Part shown: positions 52,599 to 61,620 of the stretch, piece by piece | Layout of the letters: each line of letters begins with the position of its first letter | How positions within the stretch are numbered: position 1 is the stretch's first letter | IMG/VR virus record: IMGVR_UViG_3300045919_000425 | Coordinates: 97,199 to 158,938 of that record | Strand: one strand, 5' to 3' | Source: a virus | Taxonomy: Duplodnaviria; Heunggongvirae; Uroviricota; Caudoviricetes | DNA: 61,740 nt | Position numbers and translations under genes: made by a program | Notes under the pieces: generated by a model | Databases searched by the model: none | What the model saw: the letters and a program-made list of their open reading frames with translations, nothing else | What the model was told of the DNA's origin: nothing

Positions 52599-52981
52599 TC
52601 CTTAGCTTTTGTGATTAGGGGCTTTTCTTCTGTCTCAGTAGGCTCAGCTTCAGCTACTTCAGGAGTTTCTTCTTCGACCGTAGGCTTAGCTATCACCGGC
52701 TTATCTGTGGGCTTGTCTGCTCCTGGTTCCTGCTGCGTCTTAAAGAGCTGACCACCGATAACCAGAGTAAAGAAAGTTCCGACCAGAGAAATCATAGTCT
52801 TAGCAAAGTCAGAATTCATAGTAGCTAAGGACTGTAAAAGCGGAACCACGTCAACATGCTGATTATTAGAAACAACTAAAATCGCAATAAGTGACACAAT
52901 CTTATCAAAACAACAATATACGAAACTCGCACCAATCAGTAGTAATACGATGTCCCAGGAAAACAATAACTTTTTCTGCAT
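52595..52981 (-). CDS. Two-TM membrane protein with charged tail (holin candidate)
   Basis: Start moved to MQKKLL after AAGGA; hydrophobic DIVLLLIGASFVY..IVSLIAILVV and MISLVGTFFTLVIGG; E/K/P-rich tail. Confidence 0.55.
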   Translation of the reverse strand: MQKKLLFSWDIVLLLIGASFVYCCFDKIVSLIAILVVSNNQHVDVVPLLQSLATMNSDFAKTMISLVGTFFTLVIGGQLFKTQQEPGADKPTDKPVIAKPTVEEETPEVAEAEPTETEEKPLITKAKD

Positions 52982-53090
52982 TTCTGAATCCTTCACAGAA
53001 AGAGATGGAGAGGGATAATATGAAAACAGTATAAAATCTATGAAGCTGTTTTGTTCTTTATGGATTGACAAATGGAATGTTTTCTGGGCA

Positions 53091-53119
53091 TTGACATTTG
53101 ATGAGAAATCTGGTAGTTT
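53091..53119 (+). promoter_or_regulatory. sigma70-like promoter
   Basis: TTGACA-N17-TAGTTT, TG extension. Confidence 0.7.
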
Positions 53120-53151
53120 AATTTCATGGAATTATTCCAAAGGAGGGTGTC

Positions 53152-53667
53152 ATGAAGGCATTCATTAGGGTCACTGAAACCAGCAGCTATTGTGAATGCT
53201 GCGGATCGTACGAAAGTGTAGGCGCTCATATTAGAGTAGGTGATAAGGAAGATTGTCGAGGATATGACACTCATTTGGGTGGTGGAAACTGGGAAAACCA
53301 CGGAGACTGTGCCGAGCTATACCTGTCGGTTTTAAACTTAATTGGTTACACAGTGGAACTTGCAGGAGTTCGTAGCGATTCTTTTACTACTGAGGAACAA
53401 TTGAAAATCTTAGACCGAGAAGAGGTTGAAAGAAAGGGTGTAATCGATATTCTCATGTCCGAATCCACAAATCAAGATGAATTCACATCTTACCACTGCC
53501 AAAAGATCGAGATTGATGGTAAATCAGTATGGATGGCAGACAAAGAGGGTAGGTGCGAATTACCAATAGCACTCGAAATACTGCTAAGAGATATTTTAGG
53601 ATGCGAACTTATTATTGAAACTGAATATGAGTACGATGATTGGCCGACAGATGATGATATGGTTTAG
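53152..53667 (+). CDS. Hypothetical acidic protein
   Basis: GGAGG RBS; YCECCGSY motif. Confidence 0.65.
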   Translation: MKAFIRVTETSSYCECCGSYESVGAHIRVGDKEDCRGYDTHLGGGNWENHGDCAELYLSVLNLIGYTVELAGVRSDSFTTEEQLKILDREEVERKGVIDILMSESTNQDEFTSYHCQKIEIDGKSVWMADKEGRCELPIALEILLRDILGCELIIETEYEYDDWPTDDDMV

Positions 53668-53735
53668 TTTAATTATCACATAAGGTAGCTACAATCATGG
53701 GATTGTTATGAATTCGGCTTCCACTAGGAGTGAAT

Positions 53736-55154
53736 ATGAGTGAATATGAATTATCAAGCATTAAGGGTCTATCTGGATTTTATGAGTCCCCCGCTGAATT
53801 AATCCTATCGGGTTCTGATCAGTGTATCGAATCAGCCATACAGGAACTTACAATAACAAACCTAAGCCTCCAGAGCGAGCTTAGGGGTCTGAAGTTCCAG
53901 ATACCAAAGAATAAGGCTCATGAGATGGCTATTAAGAAAAGAATCTCCGAGATTGAACCAAAAGTAACGCATAGAATGTTTTCGATCCAATCTGACGGTT
54001 CATTAAGCGTACCTCCTGGTTTTTATGGTTTATGTGAGAGTATTAAGAATAATCAGCATTACAGTCCTATAAAGCCAATGTTGGAATACGAAGGAGAAAA
54101 ATGGGCGGCAAGGTATTATCAAAGGGAAGCCGTCAGTAATCTAATGAAGTACAAAAGAGCGACATTCTTAGGTGCAACGGGTTGTGGTAAATCTAAAGTA
54201 ATTTCCATGCTCGTAAATTCTTTCGTAAAGGAGGAAGCGAGGGTATTTATCATAACCCCTTCGACTTACTTAATGCGGCAGCTTTTTTACTCAACAAAAG
54301 AAAGCTTAATGGAAGCATTTCCTGGGAAGAAGATTACGATCTCGATGAACGGTGACGGAGAGAAACCTACACCCGGCTCAAGTGTAGTAATATCCACAAT
54401 ACAGTCTGCCTTATCTTATATAGATTCATATGACGTGGTAATTGCAGATGAGCTGCATACGATTGGTGCAGAGACTTATATGGAAGTAGCACTAGCTTCT
54501 ATAAATGCACCATTTTGGTATGGAATGACAGGGTCGCTCAAGAGATTAGACGGGATGCAAAAGACTATCCCAGCGTGGGCTGGAAATATCTCATATAGAT
54601 ATTTATATCTCGATGGAGTCAGAGATGGATACTTAAACCCGATAAGATATATGCAGCGAGCGATTTCAACAGGAATAACACCAAAGCCAGGCTCACAGCC
54701 CATCATAGAATATCAAAGGCAGTATGGTTCACCAAATATGGTTCACAATATTTTATCTTTGATAGTAAAAGCACTTAAAGCTGGACGTACTCCGATGGTG
54801 TTAGGAAGGTCTTTAAAAACATTGAAGTTGTTGGCGAATGAGATCGGAGCTGACGTTGCCGACGCTGATTACAAGTACCCCGTTCATCAATACATTAAAG
54901 GTGAGACGAAGATTCTTTTTGCTACGACAAAACTAGTCGGCACAGGAGTAGATACCAAGGCTTGTGATTGCTTATTCTTTTTAAATAATGGGGCTAGTGA
55001 GATAGATTTATTACAAGCTGCTGGTCGGACTACTCGAATCCTTGACGGAAAGAAGGAGTCTTTAGTAGTTGATATATTCCCTGAAAATGACCGAGGCGCA
55101 GACTTAGCTGAACGTCGATTAGGGATAGCGGTGGAGCAGGGATGGAACATGTAA
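53736..55154 (+). CDS. uvsW: Superfamily 2 DNA helicase (UvsW-like)
   Basis: Q motif RYYQREAV, Walker A GATGCGKS, Walker B IADELH, motif III GMTGS, V GTGVD, VI LQAAGRTTR. Confidence 0.8.
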   Translation: MSEYELSSIKGLSGFYESPAELILSGSDQCIESAIQELTITNLSLQSELRGLKFQIPKNKAHEMAIKKRISEIEPKVTHRMFSIQSDGSLSVPPGFYGLCESIKNNQHYSPIKPMLEYEGEKWAARYYQREAVSNLMKYKRATFLGATGCGKSKVISMLVNSFVKEEARVFIITPSTYLMRQLFYSTKESLMEAFPGKKITISMNGDGEKPTPGSSVVISTIQSALSYIDSYDVVIADELHTIGAETYMEVALASINAPFWYGMTGSLKRLDGMQKTIPAWAGNISYRYLYLDGVRDGYLNPIRYMQRAISTGITPKPGSQPIIEYQRQYGSPNMVHNILSLIVKALKAGRTPMVLGRSLKTLKLLANEIGADVADADYKYPVHQYIKGETKILFATTKLVGTGVDTKACDCLFFLNNGASEIDLLQAAGRTTRILDGKKESLVVDIFPENDRGADLAERRLGIAVEQGWNM

Positions 55155-55163
55155 AGGAGTACT

Positions 55164-55637
55164 ATGAAGAAGGTAACTATTTATACGGATGGTTCATCAT
55201 TCGGTAAGTCTAATGATTGCGGTGGGTGGGGTTGCGCACTTATCCATGAAAAAACCTTATTAAAGCTCTCTGGGTATGATTCGAATGCAACGAATCAGAC
55301 TATGGAATTAATGGCTGCATTACAAGGGCTGCTTATTCTGAAAGAATCTTGTGAAGTGTTAATAATTCTTGACTCGCAGTACGTTATGCACGGATTCACT
55401 AAGTTCTGGGTTAAGAACTGGAAAAAGAACAATTGGATAAACTCATCAGGTGATCCAGTAAAGAATAAGGATCTCTGGATGAGATTGGATGAGGAAGTAA
55501 GCAAACATAAGGTAACGTGGATGTGGGTTAAGGGACACTCCGGTGACTTTTACAATGAAATGGTGGATAAGTTAGCCAAGGCAGCAAAAATCAGCAAGAT
55601 GGGTGTCAAAGAGTATTCAAAGATCCTTGACATTTAA
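55164..55637 (+). CDS. rnhA: Ribonuclease HI
   Basis: IYTDGS, TNQTMELMAA, LDSQYV, VKNKDLW, WVKGHSG, NEMVDKLA; catalytic D-E-D-D intact. Confidence 0.95.
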   Translation: MKKVTIYTDGSSFGKSNDCGGWGCALIHEKTLLKLSGYDSNATNQTMELMAALQGLLILKESCEVLIILDSQYVMHGFTKFWVKNWKKNNWINSSGDPVKNKDLWMRLDEEVSKHKVTWMWVKGHSGDFYNEMVDKLAKAAKISKMGVKEYSKILDI

Positions 55638-55655
55638 AATTAAGACTGATAGGAT
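55627..55655 (+). promoter_or_regulatory. sigma70-like promoter
   Basis: TTGACA-N17-TAGGAT, embedded in the rnhA 3' end. Confidence 0.7.
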
Positions 55656-55672
55656 TATTTTAAGGAGGTTTT

Positions 55673-55945
55673 ATGAATAGGTATTTAACGGCAAGGCTCT
55701 TGCATAATGATGGTACCACAAAAGATCCTTTTAAAAGGGACGCTTATAACCACCAGACACTTCTGACGTATGCAAAGAAACCTAAAGAACAGCTTAATGA
55801 TAAGCTGTTCTTGAAGAATCTGTTATTAGCCAGGGCATGTAATCAGATATTAGAGATCGAAATTAACAATGATGAACTTAGCTCACTTAAAGAGCTATTA
55901 GTTCAAATTGAACAAGAATCCCAGGAAGCGTTGAATAACATGTAA
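55673..55945 (+). CDS. Hypothetical protein
   Basis: AAGGAGG RBS. Confidence 0.65.
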   Translation: MNRYLTARLLHNDGTTKDPFKRDAYNHQTLLTYAKKPKEQLNDKLFLKNLLLARACNQILEIEINNDELSSLKELLVQIEQESQEALNNM

Positions 55946-55953
55946 GGAGATTT

Positions 55954-56178
55954 ATGTATTTTAATAAGGCAAAGGATTTGCGAGAGTTCTTGCTAGACTC
56001 AGGCGATATTGTTGACCAGATTCAAACAGGGGAACATACATTCTATTGTACAGTTTTAGGGGTCACAGGAAACGACTGGAATGTTAAGTTAATAGACGGG
56101 AAATCAGGGAGTATTTGGGAATTCTCCGAGTTCTTCCACGTTTTTGCGTTTGATAATTTTACAATCTCTTTAATTTAG
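55954..56178 (+). CDS. Hypothetical protein
   Basis: AAGGAG RBS. Confidence 0.6.
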   Translation: MYFNKAKDLREFLLDSGDIVDQIQTGEHTFYCTVLGVTGNDWNVKLIDGKSGSIWEFSEFFHVFAFDNFTISLI

Positions 56179-56188
56179 GTAGGATGAT

Positions 56189-56857
56189 ATGCAAGACTGT
56201 GATTTATCTGAGTTTAATCAGAAGCATTGTCAACACCTGGAATTTTACCATAATCAAACAGGAAGCCCGTTGAGATTTGATAGAAGGAGGTTTAACGACA
56301 AATCCTTTACAGCTCTTAATCTTACGGACACTGTATTTAATCAGTGTTATTTTGAGCACTGTAATTTCAGCGCAGCGAATCTTACGCAGGCACGACTTAC
56401 TTCTTGTGAGTTCAGGAAGTGTAGTTTTGAGCAAGCAGATCTTACAATGACTGATATAAGATTCTCAAGGTTCCATGAGTGTAAGTTTACGAAAGCAATG
56501 TTAAGCGCTTCTGTTGGTGGAGAGACTTGTTTTAATCATTGTGATTTTAGTGAAATTAACATGATAGTAGGTGGTTATGCGTTTTGTAATTTCCAGGAGT
56601 GTAATTTCACAGACGCAACATTAAGTCAGTCAAATTTCTACGCCTCTAATTTTGAGCGCTCCGACTTCACAAATACTTGCGCAGATCTCTCTAATTTTAG
56701 TTCTTGTAATTTAATGTTAGTAGACTTTAATAAAGCGAATGTGTATGGTTCAAATTTTACGGATGCAATCTTAACAAAATCTAGAACTCTTAATATCGGA
56801 ACTACGAAAAAGACATTAGGATTACTAAAAAGTAAAAAGGTGAAGGAGATTGGATGA
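56189..56857 (+). CDS. Pentapeptide-repeat protein
   Basis: Long run of (A/C/S)xFxx and xxLxx pentads, e.g. FTALNLTDTVFNQCYFEHCNFSAANLTQARL. Confidence 0.9.
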   Translation: MQDCDLSEFNQKHCQHLEFYHNQTGSPLRFDRRRFNDKSFTALNLTDTVFNQCYFEHCNFSAANLTQARLTSCEFRKCSFEQADLTMTDIRFSRFHECKFTKAMLSASVGGETCFNHCDFSEINMIVGGYAFCNFQECNFTDATLSQSNFYASNFERSDFTNTCADLSNFSSCNLMLVDFNKANVYGSNFTDAILTKSRTLNIGTTKKTLGLLKSKKVKEIG

Positions 56858-57090
56858 TTTACGTAATCATATTATTATCCTTGTTAATGGCTTTCACGTT
56901 CCCTGCCTGCGTTAGCTTGGTTATAGCGTCATACTTTTATCATCATAAGCGCAAGAGCCTTATAGTGACGGCCATTATTCTGGGCGGATTGTTTCTAATC
57001 ACAGCCAGCTCTTGGTCAGTTTTATTAATAACTAGGGATACTACAAACTCAGTTCAATGTTTCCCTAAAGAAGATAAGGTTGAAAAATAG
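56854..57090 (+). CDS. Small two-TM membrane protein
   Basis: Two hydrophobic segments. Confidence 0.6.
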   Translation: MIYVIILLSLLMAFTFPACVSLVIASYFYHHKRKSLIVTAIILGGLFLITASSWSVLLITRDTTNSVQCFPKEDKVEK

Positions 57091-57098
57091 GAGGTTTT

Positions 57099-57497
57099 AT
57101 GGGAATGAATTTATCTGCCGATATTTGGTATGGAGTCCCTGTAAGTGGGGATATATTAGACACTTTTTTAAGTAATCGGGATATTATTAATGAAATATAC
57201 GGAGAAAATGCAGAAGAGGATATGGATTTAGATATTTACGAATTCATAGAATATTTAGAGAGTAAGTTTAAGCTCATAGAAGCCGGGGTTTTCTGGAATT
57301 CTAGTCATTATTATGATGACTCATCTAATTATCTGTGCACTGTAAGTGAGCGCTCGTATTGTGGCGATCCGACCAATATCACTAAAGTGTTAAGTTACTC
57401 GCCAGATTGTAATACTTTGAATAAATTTAAAGAGGTATGTACTTACTTAGGAGTAGAGTTAAGTCTGGGTTGGCATATTTCTGGTAGCTTTTATTAG
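57099..57497 (+). CDS. Hypothetical protein
   Basis: AGGAGG RBS; DIWYGVP start and LSLGWHI end. Confidence 0.65.
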   Translation: MGMNLSADIWYGVPVSGDILDTFLSNRDIINEIYGENAEEDMDLDIYEFIEYLESKFKLIEAGVFWNSSHYYDDSSNYLCTVSERSYCGDPTNITKVLSYSPDCNTLNKFKEVCTYLGVELSLGWHISGSFY

Positions 57498-57562
57498 GAG
57501 TAATTAGGAACTGTCGGTGTTAGGTTAAACCTAATGGCCATAACCACATTAATAGGTAGAAC

Positions 57563-57856
57563 ATGAAATATTATGCGTTTTACGACATGGCTGGATTCCT
57601 ACCTTCTGTCTTTAAAAAACACACAGCAGATAACTTATGCTCAAGGCTGTTCATAGAAGCGGAGTCTATAGAAGACGCAGAGTTTGTGTGTGATAAGTTA
57701 AATGCAGATTTTGATACCGTTTACTTCTCTTCTGGCACAGAACCTTGCGTTCTTACAGATAATGAGATACTGAAGGCTTTGACCGGAAGTAATTTAAGTT
57801 TAACGATTGTTTATCGAGACGGCAAGATGAGGAAAATAGGAGAAAGGAGTCGATGA
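57563..57856 (+). CDS. Hypothetical protein
   Basis: ORF in a coupled + strand run. Confidence 0.55.
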   Translation: MKYYAFYDMAGFLPSVFKKHTADNLCSRLFIEAESIEDAEFVCDKLNADFDTVYFSSGTEPCVLTDNEILKALTGSNLSLTIVYRDGKMRKIGERSR

Positions 57857-58182
57857 TTTTTACAAGAAGTGATTTTAGGGGCAGACAGACATTCTCGGAG
57901 TTAGATCAGAGCCGTGACCCTAGATCTTGGAGCTGGTTTGTTCTTTATGACGCAGAATCATTGAGTGAGTTTATTCGGTTAACGTTAATCGGCCAAAGAA
58001 ATACTTTCTATATAGAGTATCTTGACGGCTCTGTTATTAAGGTAGTTCCGCAAGAGGAACCTCAGTGTGTTATTGTTAAGTCGGAACGTCCAGGATACTC
58101 ATTTGACGTTCAGTACAACGGCGAGATCCTAGAATCCTACCCGACAGAAAGTAAAGCAAGGTTTTATTATTATTGCAAATAG
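57853..58182 (+). CDS. Hypothetical protein
   Basis: ATGA overlap, AAGGAG RBS. Confidence 0.55.
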   Translation: MIFTRSDFRGRQTFSELDQSRDPRSWSWFVLYDAESLSEFIRLTLIGQRNTFYIEYLDGSVIKVVPQEEPQCVIVKSERPGYSFDVQYNGEILESYPTESKARFYYYCK

Positions 58183-58190
58183 GAGGTTTT

Positions 58191-58610
58191 ATGGGAATGT
58201 ATACCGAATTAAAACTATCAGTAGCTTTTATTACAGAAATACCAGAAAACGTCATAAAAACATTGCAGTTTTTGTCAAATTTTCGTCACGATGAAGATGA
58301 GATAGATTTCACTACTGAGCATGAACTATTTAAAACTGAGCGATGGATGATGATTTCCACCGGAAGTTCCTGTTATTTTGAGGAAGATTCTTATTTCGAA
58401 TTCCTGCAATCTGGCGGCATATATTATTTACATATGAGATCAAATATTAAAAACTACAAAAACGAGTACGAGAAATTCCTAGATTTTTTATCTCCATGGG
58501 TTCAATCCGAAGGGGAAGTGGGACATTACCAGTATGAGGAAGATGAAGAAGCTTCACCAATATTCGCTGCAAATGGAAAGCTGGTGATAAATCACTTCTG
58601 TGGGTATTGA
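58191..58610 (+). CDS. Conserved-looking phage hypothetical protein (MGMYTEL start)
   Basis: Start moved to ATG after AGGAGG; RSNIKNY..FLDFL..GHYQYEEDEE pattern. Confidence 0.7.
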   Translation: MGMYTELKLSVAFITEIPENVIKTLQFLSNFRHDEDEIDFTTEHELFKTERWMMISTGSSCYFEEDSYFEFLQSGGIYYLHMRSNIKNYKNEYEKFLDFLSPWVQSEGEVGHYQYEEDEEASPIFAANGKLVINHFCGY

Positions 58611-58635
58611 CAAATAGTTTATTATTTGCTATGGT
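58607..58635 (+). promoter_or_regulatory. sigma70-like promoter
   Basis: TTGACA-N17-TATGGT, -35 overlapping the upstream TGA. Confidence 0.72.
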
Positions 58636-58646
58636 AATTAAGGAGG

Positions 58647-58865
58647 ATGAATGAAATGTTTGGGACCATGCTACTTAAAAGGTATTATCGCTGGCGAATG
58701 AGATTAATTGTTAAGTTTATGAAGTCCATAAAGTTTCCAATAGATAATTTGTCCGCTCAGGAATGGGATAACTTACAGGAGGAAGTTTCTGTTTTACAGA
58801 AAAAGTATAGTTATTTTACTGCCAAACACGAACAATTAAGGAGAAAGAGCAATGTCAGATCTTGA
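58647..58865 (+). CDS. Hypothetical protein
   Basis: AAGGAGG RBS. Confidence 0.6.
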   Translation: MNEMFGTMLLKRYYRWRMRLIVKFMKSIKFPIDNLSAQEWDNLQEEVSVLQKKYSYFTAKHEQLRRKSNVRS

Positions 58866-59133
58866 AACTGATAAATTACAGGAAATTCTTTTTACTAGGG
58901 ATGAAAGCTTATTTTATCAAGCCCAGATGAAGAAAGATGGTTCTAAGAAATGGGACGTACTGAATTATGGTTTGTTGCCAGTAGTCTCGTTATCGGAAGC
59001 TGTTTGGAAGTTCAATCAATACCTTAAGGATTTAAAGCCCGGCGACCAAATCAGGATAGTCAAGATGTCTAAGTATTTAACATCAGGCGCATTATCTATT
59101 TCATCAGTTTATAGATTTCAGGAGAAGAAATAA
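58852..59133 (+). CDS. Hypothetical protein
   Basis: Coupled ORF. Confidence 0.55.
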   Translation: MSDLETDKLQEILFTRDESLFYQAQMKKDGSKKWDVLNYGLLPVVSLSEAVWKFNQYLKDLKPGDQIRIVKMSKYLTSGALSISSVYRFQEKK

Positions 59134-59342
59134 TGACTAGAAGCCCTAAGTTATCAGCAATAGAATCGCCAAAGATAGAAAAGGAGTCTCCATTATCTCA
59201 GGTAGCGATTCTGGTAGGATTATTGGATTCTATGGAGGAAGAGAATCACACCTTACGCCTCTGCCTTGAGCAAGCTCTCGCAGAAGTGTCCAGACAAAAG
59301 TATCGAATAGACAGATTCAGAAAAGAACTTAAAAGAGGTTGA
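59133..59342 (+). CDS. Hypothetical coiled-coil protein
   Basis: TAATG overlap. Confidence 0.55.
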   Translation: MTRSPKLSAIESPKIEKESPLSQVAILVGLLDSMEEENHTLRLCLEQALAEVSRQKYRIDRFRKELKRG

Positions 59343-59866
59343 TTATGGCGAATTGGTTCACTTCAGATACACACTTTTTTCATAAGAACGTAATAAGTCT
59401 TTGTGACAGACCTTTTGATGATATTGATACTATGCACGAAGCGTTAATTAAGAATTGGAATGCTTGTGTCTCTACAGATGATAAAGTATACGTTTTAGGC
59501 GACTTTTCATTCGGAAGTAAAAACAAGACGAACGAGATAATTAGCCGATTAAATGGCCACAAGATTCTCATAATTGGAAATCATGACCGTGAAGTAAAAA
59601 AGTGTAATTTCAATGAAAAATACGACCACCTTGAAATAAAGGTAAAAGATCGTGAAGTACACTTGTCGCATTACCCATTCATAGGTAATGGAGATGATCG
59701 GTATGAATCATCGAAGGTGTTGGATGATGGAAGTAGAATTCTTCTTCACGGGCACGTCCATAATTCTTGGAAAATCAATGGTCGTCAAATTAATGTAGGT
59801 TGTGATGTGTGGGGATTTACTCCAATCTCTGAGGATGAATTGTACGAGGTAATTAAACTTTTATGA
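59339..59866 (+). CDS. Calcineurin-like metallophosphoesterase
   Basis: FTSDTHF, LGDFSF, IGNHD, LSHYP, HGHVH. Confidence 0.9.
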   Translation: MIMANWFTSDTHFFHKNVISLCDRPFDDIDTMHEALIKNWNACVSTDDKVYVLGDFSFGSKNKTNEIISRLNGHKILIIGNHDREVKKCNFNEKYDHLEIKVKDREVHLSHYPFIGNGDDRYESSKVLDDGSRILLHGHVHNSWKINGRQINVGCDVWGFTPISEDELYEVIKLL

Positions 59867-60171
59867 ATCTAAATCCACGGTGTTATCTCCAATTAGGTCC
59901 TACCGTAGTGATTAATCGAGAATTTGGAATTGGCCGACTAGTTGTTGTAGAACCACAACAACATCCAATATTTAAGACCAATAAGGGGCTTATACATTAC
60001 AAAGATGCAGAATTATTCCAGAATACACGAATGGAAGCCATCTACTCTCTTGAGAAGTTAATCGAACTAGTAGTATGCGGAATTGGCGTGAAATTCCCAC
60101 TTATGAATAACGTAATTATGGAGTTTCCGATTCATTATTCTTCAGGCCAGATAGGATGGATTAGCTTATGA
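59863..60171 (+). CDS. Hypothetical protein
   Basis: ATGA overlap. Confidence 0.5.
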   Translation: MNLNPRCYLQLGPTVVINREFGIGRLVVVEPQQHPIFKTNKGLIHYKDAELFQNTRMEAIYSLEKLIELVVCGIGVKFPLMNNVIMEFPIHYSSGQIGWISL

Positions 60172-60506
60172 CAATAATACCTTATATCCAAAACACGAAA
60201 AAGGGAGATAGTCCCATATCACAGAAGGATCAGTTTATTTCTCGTGTTATTTTAGTAGAGACGGCTTGTCGCAAAATATCGGACGCACCGTATTTTTGGA
60301 AACTCAAGTCATTCGACAGTAAAGACTTGTCAACCTCTGATCTGACTTTTTACATAGCGGCGAATGGTTATTTCCTCTCATCCGCCGCCGGAGATGGAAT
60401 ATTAGAAGGCTTACTGTCAGGAAGGAGTGTTTTTGCAGAAAATGGAGAGGTTACAGAAATTGCCGTGTATTACTTAGATAAGACGAAGAAATGGATGGAG
60501 AAATGA
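60168..60506 (+). CDS. Hypothetical protein
   Basis: ATGA overlap. Confidence 0.5.
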   Translation: MTIIPYIQNTKKGDSPISQKDQFISRVILVETACRKISDAPYFWKLKSFDSKDLSTSDLTFYIAANGYFLSSAAGDGILEGLLSGRSVFAENGEVTEIAVYYLDKTKKWMEK

Positions 60507-60691
60507 AATCATATACGTTCTATGAACCAGAGGTCGGAAACCCAATAACTCACACAGAGGATGAAATAATACAGATATTTTGGGATTATTATGTAAAGCA
60601 GATGGAATTCGTAGGCAGACGTGAGGAAATATCAAGAGAAGGCTGCATATTAAGCTATTGCTCAGTTCATTGGGCAGTACTTGACAAGTGA
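60491..60691 (+). CDS. Hypothetical protein
   Basis: TEDEII..YWDY..CI..YCSVHWA pattern; real start may be ATG 60503. Confidence 0.55.
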   Translation: MDGEMKSYTFYEPEVGNPITHTEDEIIQIFWDYYVKQMEFVGRREEISREGCILSYCSVHWAVLDK

Positions 60692-60709
60692 TTAATTTCA
60701 TGCTACCTT
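60681..60709 (+). promoter_or_regulatory. sigma70-like promoter
   Basis: TTGACA-N17-TACCTT, TG extension. Confidence 0.6.
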
Positions 60710-60734
60710 ATAAATATGAAGCAAGGAGGAGCTA

Positions 60735-60989
60735 ATGGATATAGGAAGTAAGGTGATTATTCAGGAAGAGGTAGTAGTTCTTAATATCACCAGCAGTGAG
60801 GTTACATTACAGGCGAATAATAGGATTAGACATATAACTAGAGAACATTTTAACCAGATAAGCACCGATAGGATAGTAGTTGTAGCAGATGTTCTCTACG
60901 AAGATTATTACGACCTTTATGAAAATATTCATGTGTTAACCGGAGAGCTTGTTGCAAAATTCCAAGCAAAAAACTACCAAAACCATTGA
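60735..60989 (+). CDS. Hypothetical protein
   Basis: AAGGAGGAG RBS. Confidence 0.65.
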   Translation: MDIGSKVIIQEEVVVLNITSSEVTLQANNRIRHITREHFNQISTDRIVVVADVLYEDYYDLYENIHVLTGELVAKFQAKNYQNH

Positions 60990-61028
60990 CATCTGGTAGG
61001 TATAGAATCACACTAGAAAGGGTCGCCG

Positions 61029-61196
61029 ATGAACAAAGCCAAGAAAGTGTTTAAAGTTATTGTAGAGCATGATGGTAAGTATTTCTCCTTTGCGTTAAAG
61101 ACTAAGACTGCAAAATTAGCGGAACAAAAAGCGAATGAGGCCATCTCAAGGATTTACGGCAGTAAAGATTATGTGTTTTTTATGGAGGAGTTATGA
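61029..61196 (+). CDS. Small hypothetical protein (55 aa), absent from the ORF track
   Basis: MNKAKKVFKVIVEHDGKYFSFALKTKTAKLAEQKANEAISRIYGSKDYVFFMEEL; stop overlaps the next ATG. Confidence 0.55.
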   Translation: MNKAKKVFKVIVEHDGKYFSFALKTKTAKLAEQKANEAISRIYGSKDYVFFMEEL

Positions 61197-61435
61197 GAAG
61201 TCATTTTCTGCCAGAGCTACTAAAAAGCGAGGATCTGACTCCTGTTATGGCATTAAGTCTTTATCTTGAAGGATGGCCGATTCAGTATTCAGATGAAGAT
61301 AATTCAGGAAAATGGTTCACAATTACTGAAGGAGATTGCTTAGCCTGTCTCACAAAAAGAAAGTTAAGGATTGGTCAGTCATCTCCAGGATTCAATGAAA
61401 CATTCCATAAAGTGTTTTGGGATATTTTAGCTTAG
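61193..61435 (+). CDS. Hypothetical protein
   Basis: GGAGGAG RBS, ATGA overlap. Confidence 0.55.
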   Translation: MRSHFLPELLKSEDLTPVMALSLYLEGWPIQYSDEDNSGKWFTITEGDCLACLTKRKLRIGQSSPGFNETFHKVFWDILA

Positions 61436-61443
61436 GAGCCGTC

Positions 61444-61620
61444 ATGCGTACAGTACCGGTATTTCTGTTACTAATCTTAGCAGTAGGGTTAGGGATGGTC
61501 TGGAATCTTATTATCGCTGGGTTTTTAGGGTACGGGATTCATTATTTTTTCGGGTTTCATTTACTATCAAGCATTATCTGGACATTTATTGTGATATTTA
61601 TCATGAGGTTAGCTGTATGA
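61444..61620 (+). CDS. Small membrane protein
   Basis: Highly hydrophobic; start likely MRTVP after AGGAG. Confidence 0.55.
   Translation: MRTVPVFLLLILAVGLGMVWNLIIAGFLGYGIHYFFGFHLLSSIIWTFIVIFIMRLAV

Noticed and set aside
60986-61014. Promoter TTGACA upstream of the 61029 ORF
   Set aside because: At N17 the -10 reads CACACT, too weak to list, though possible
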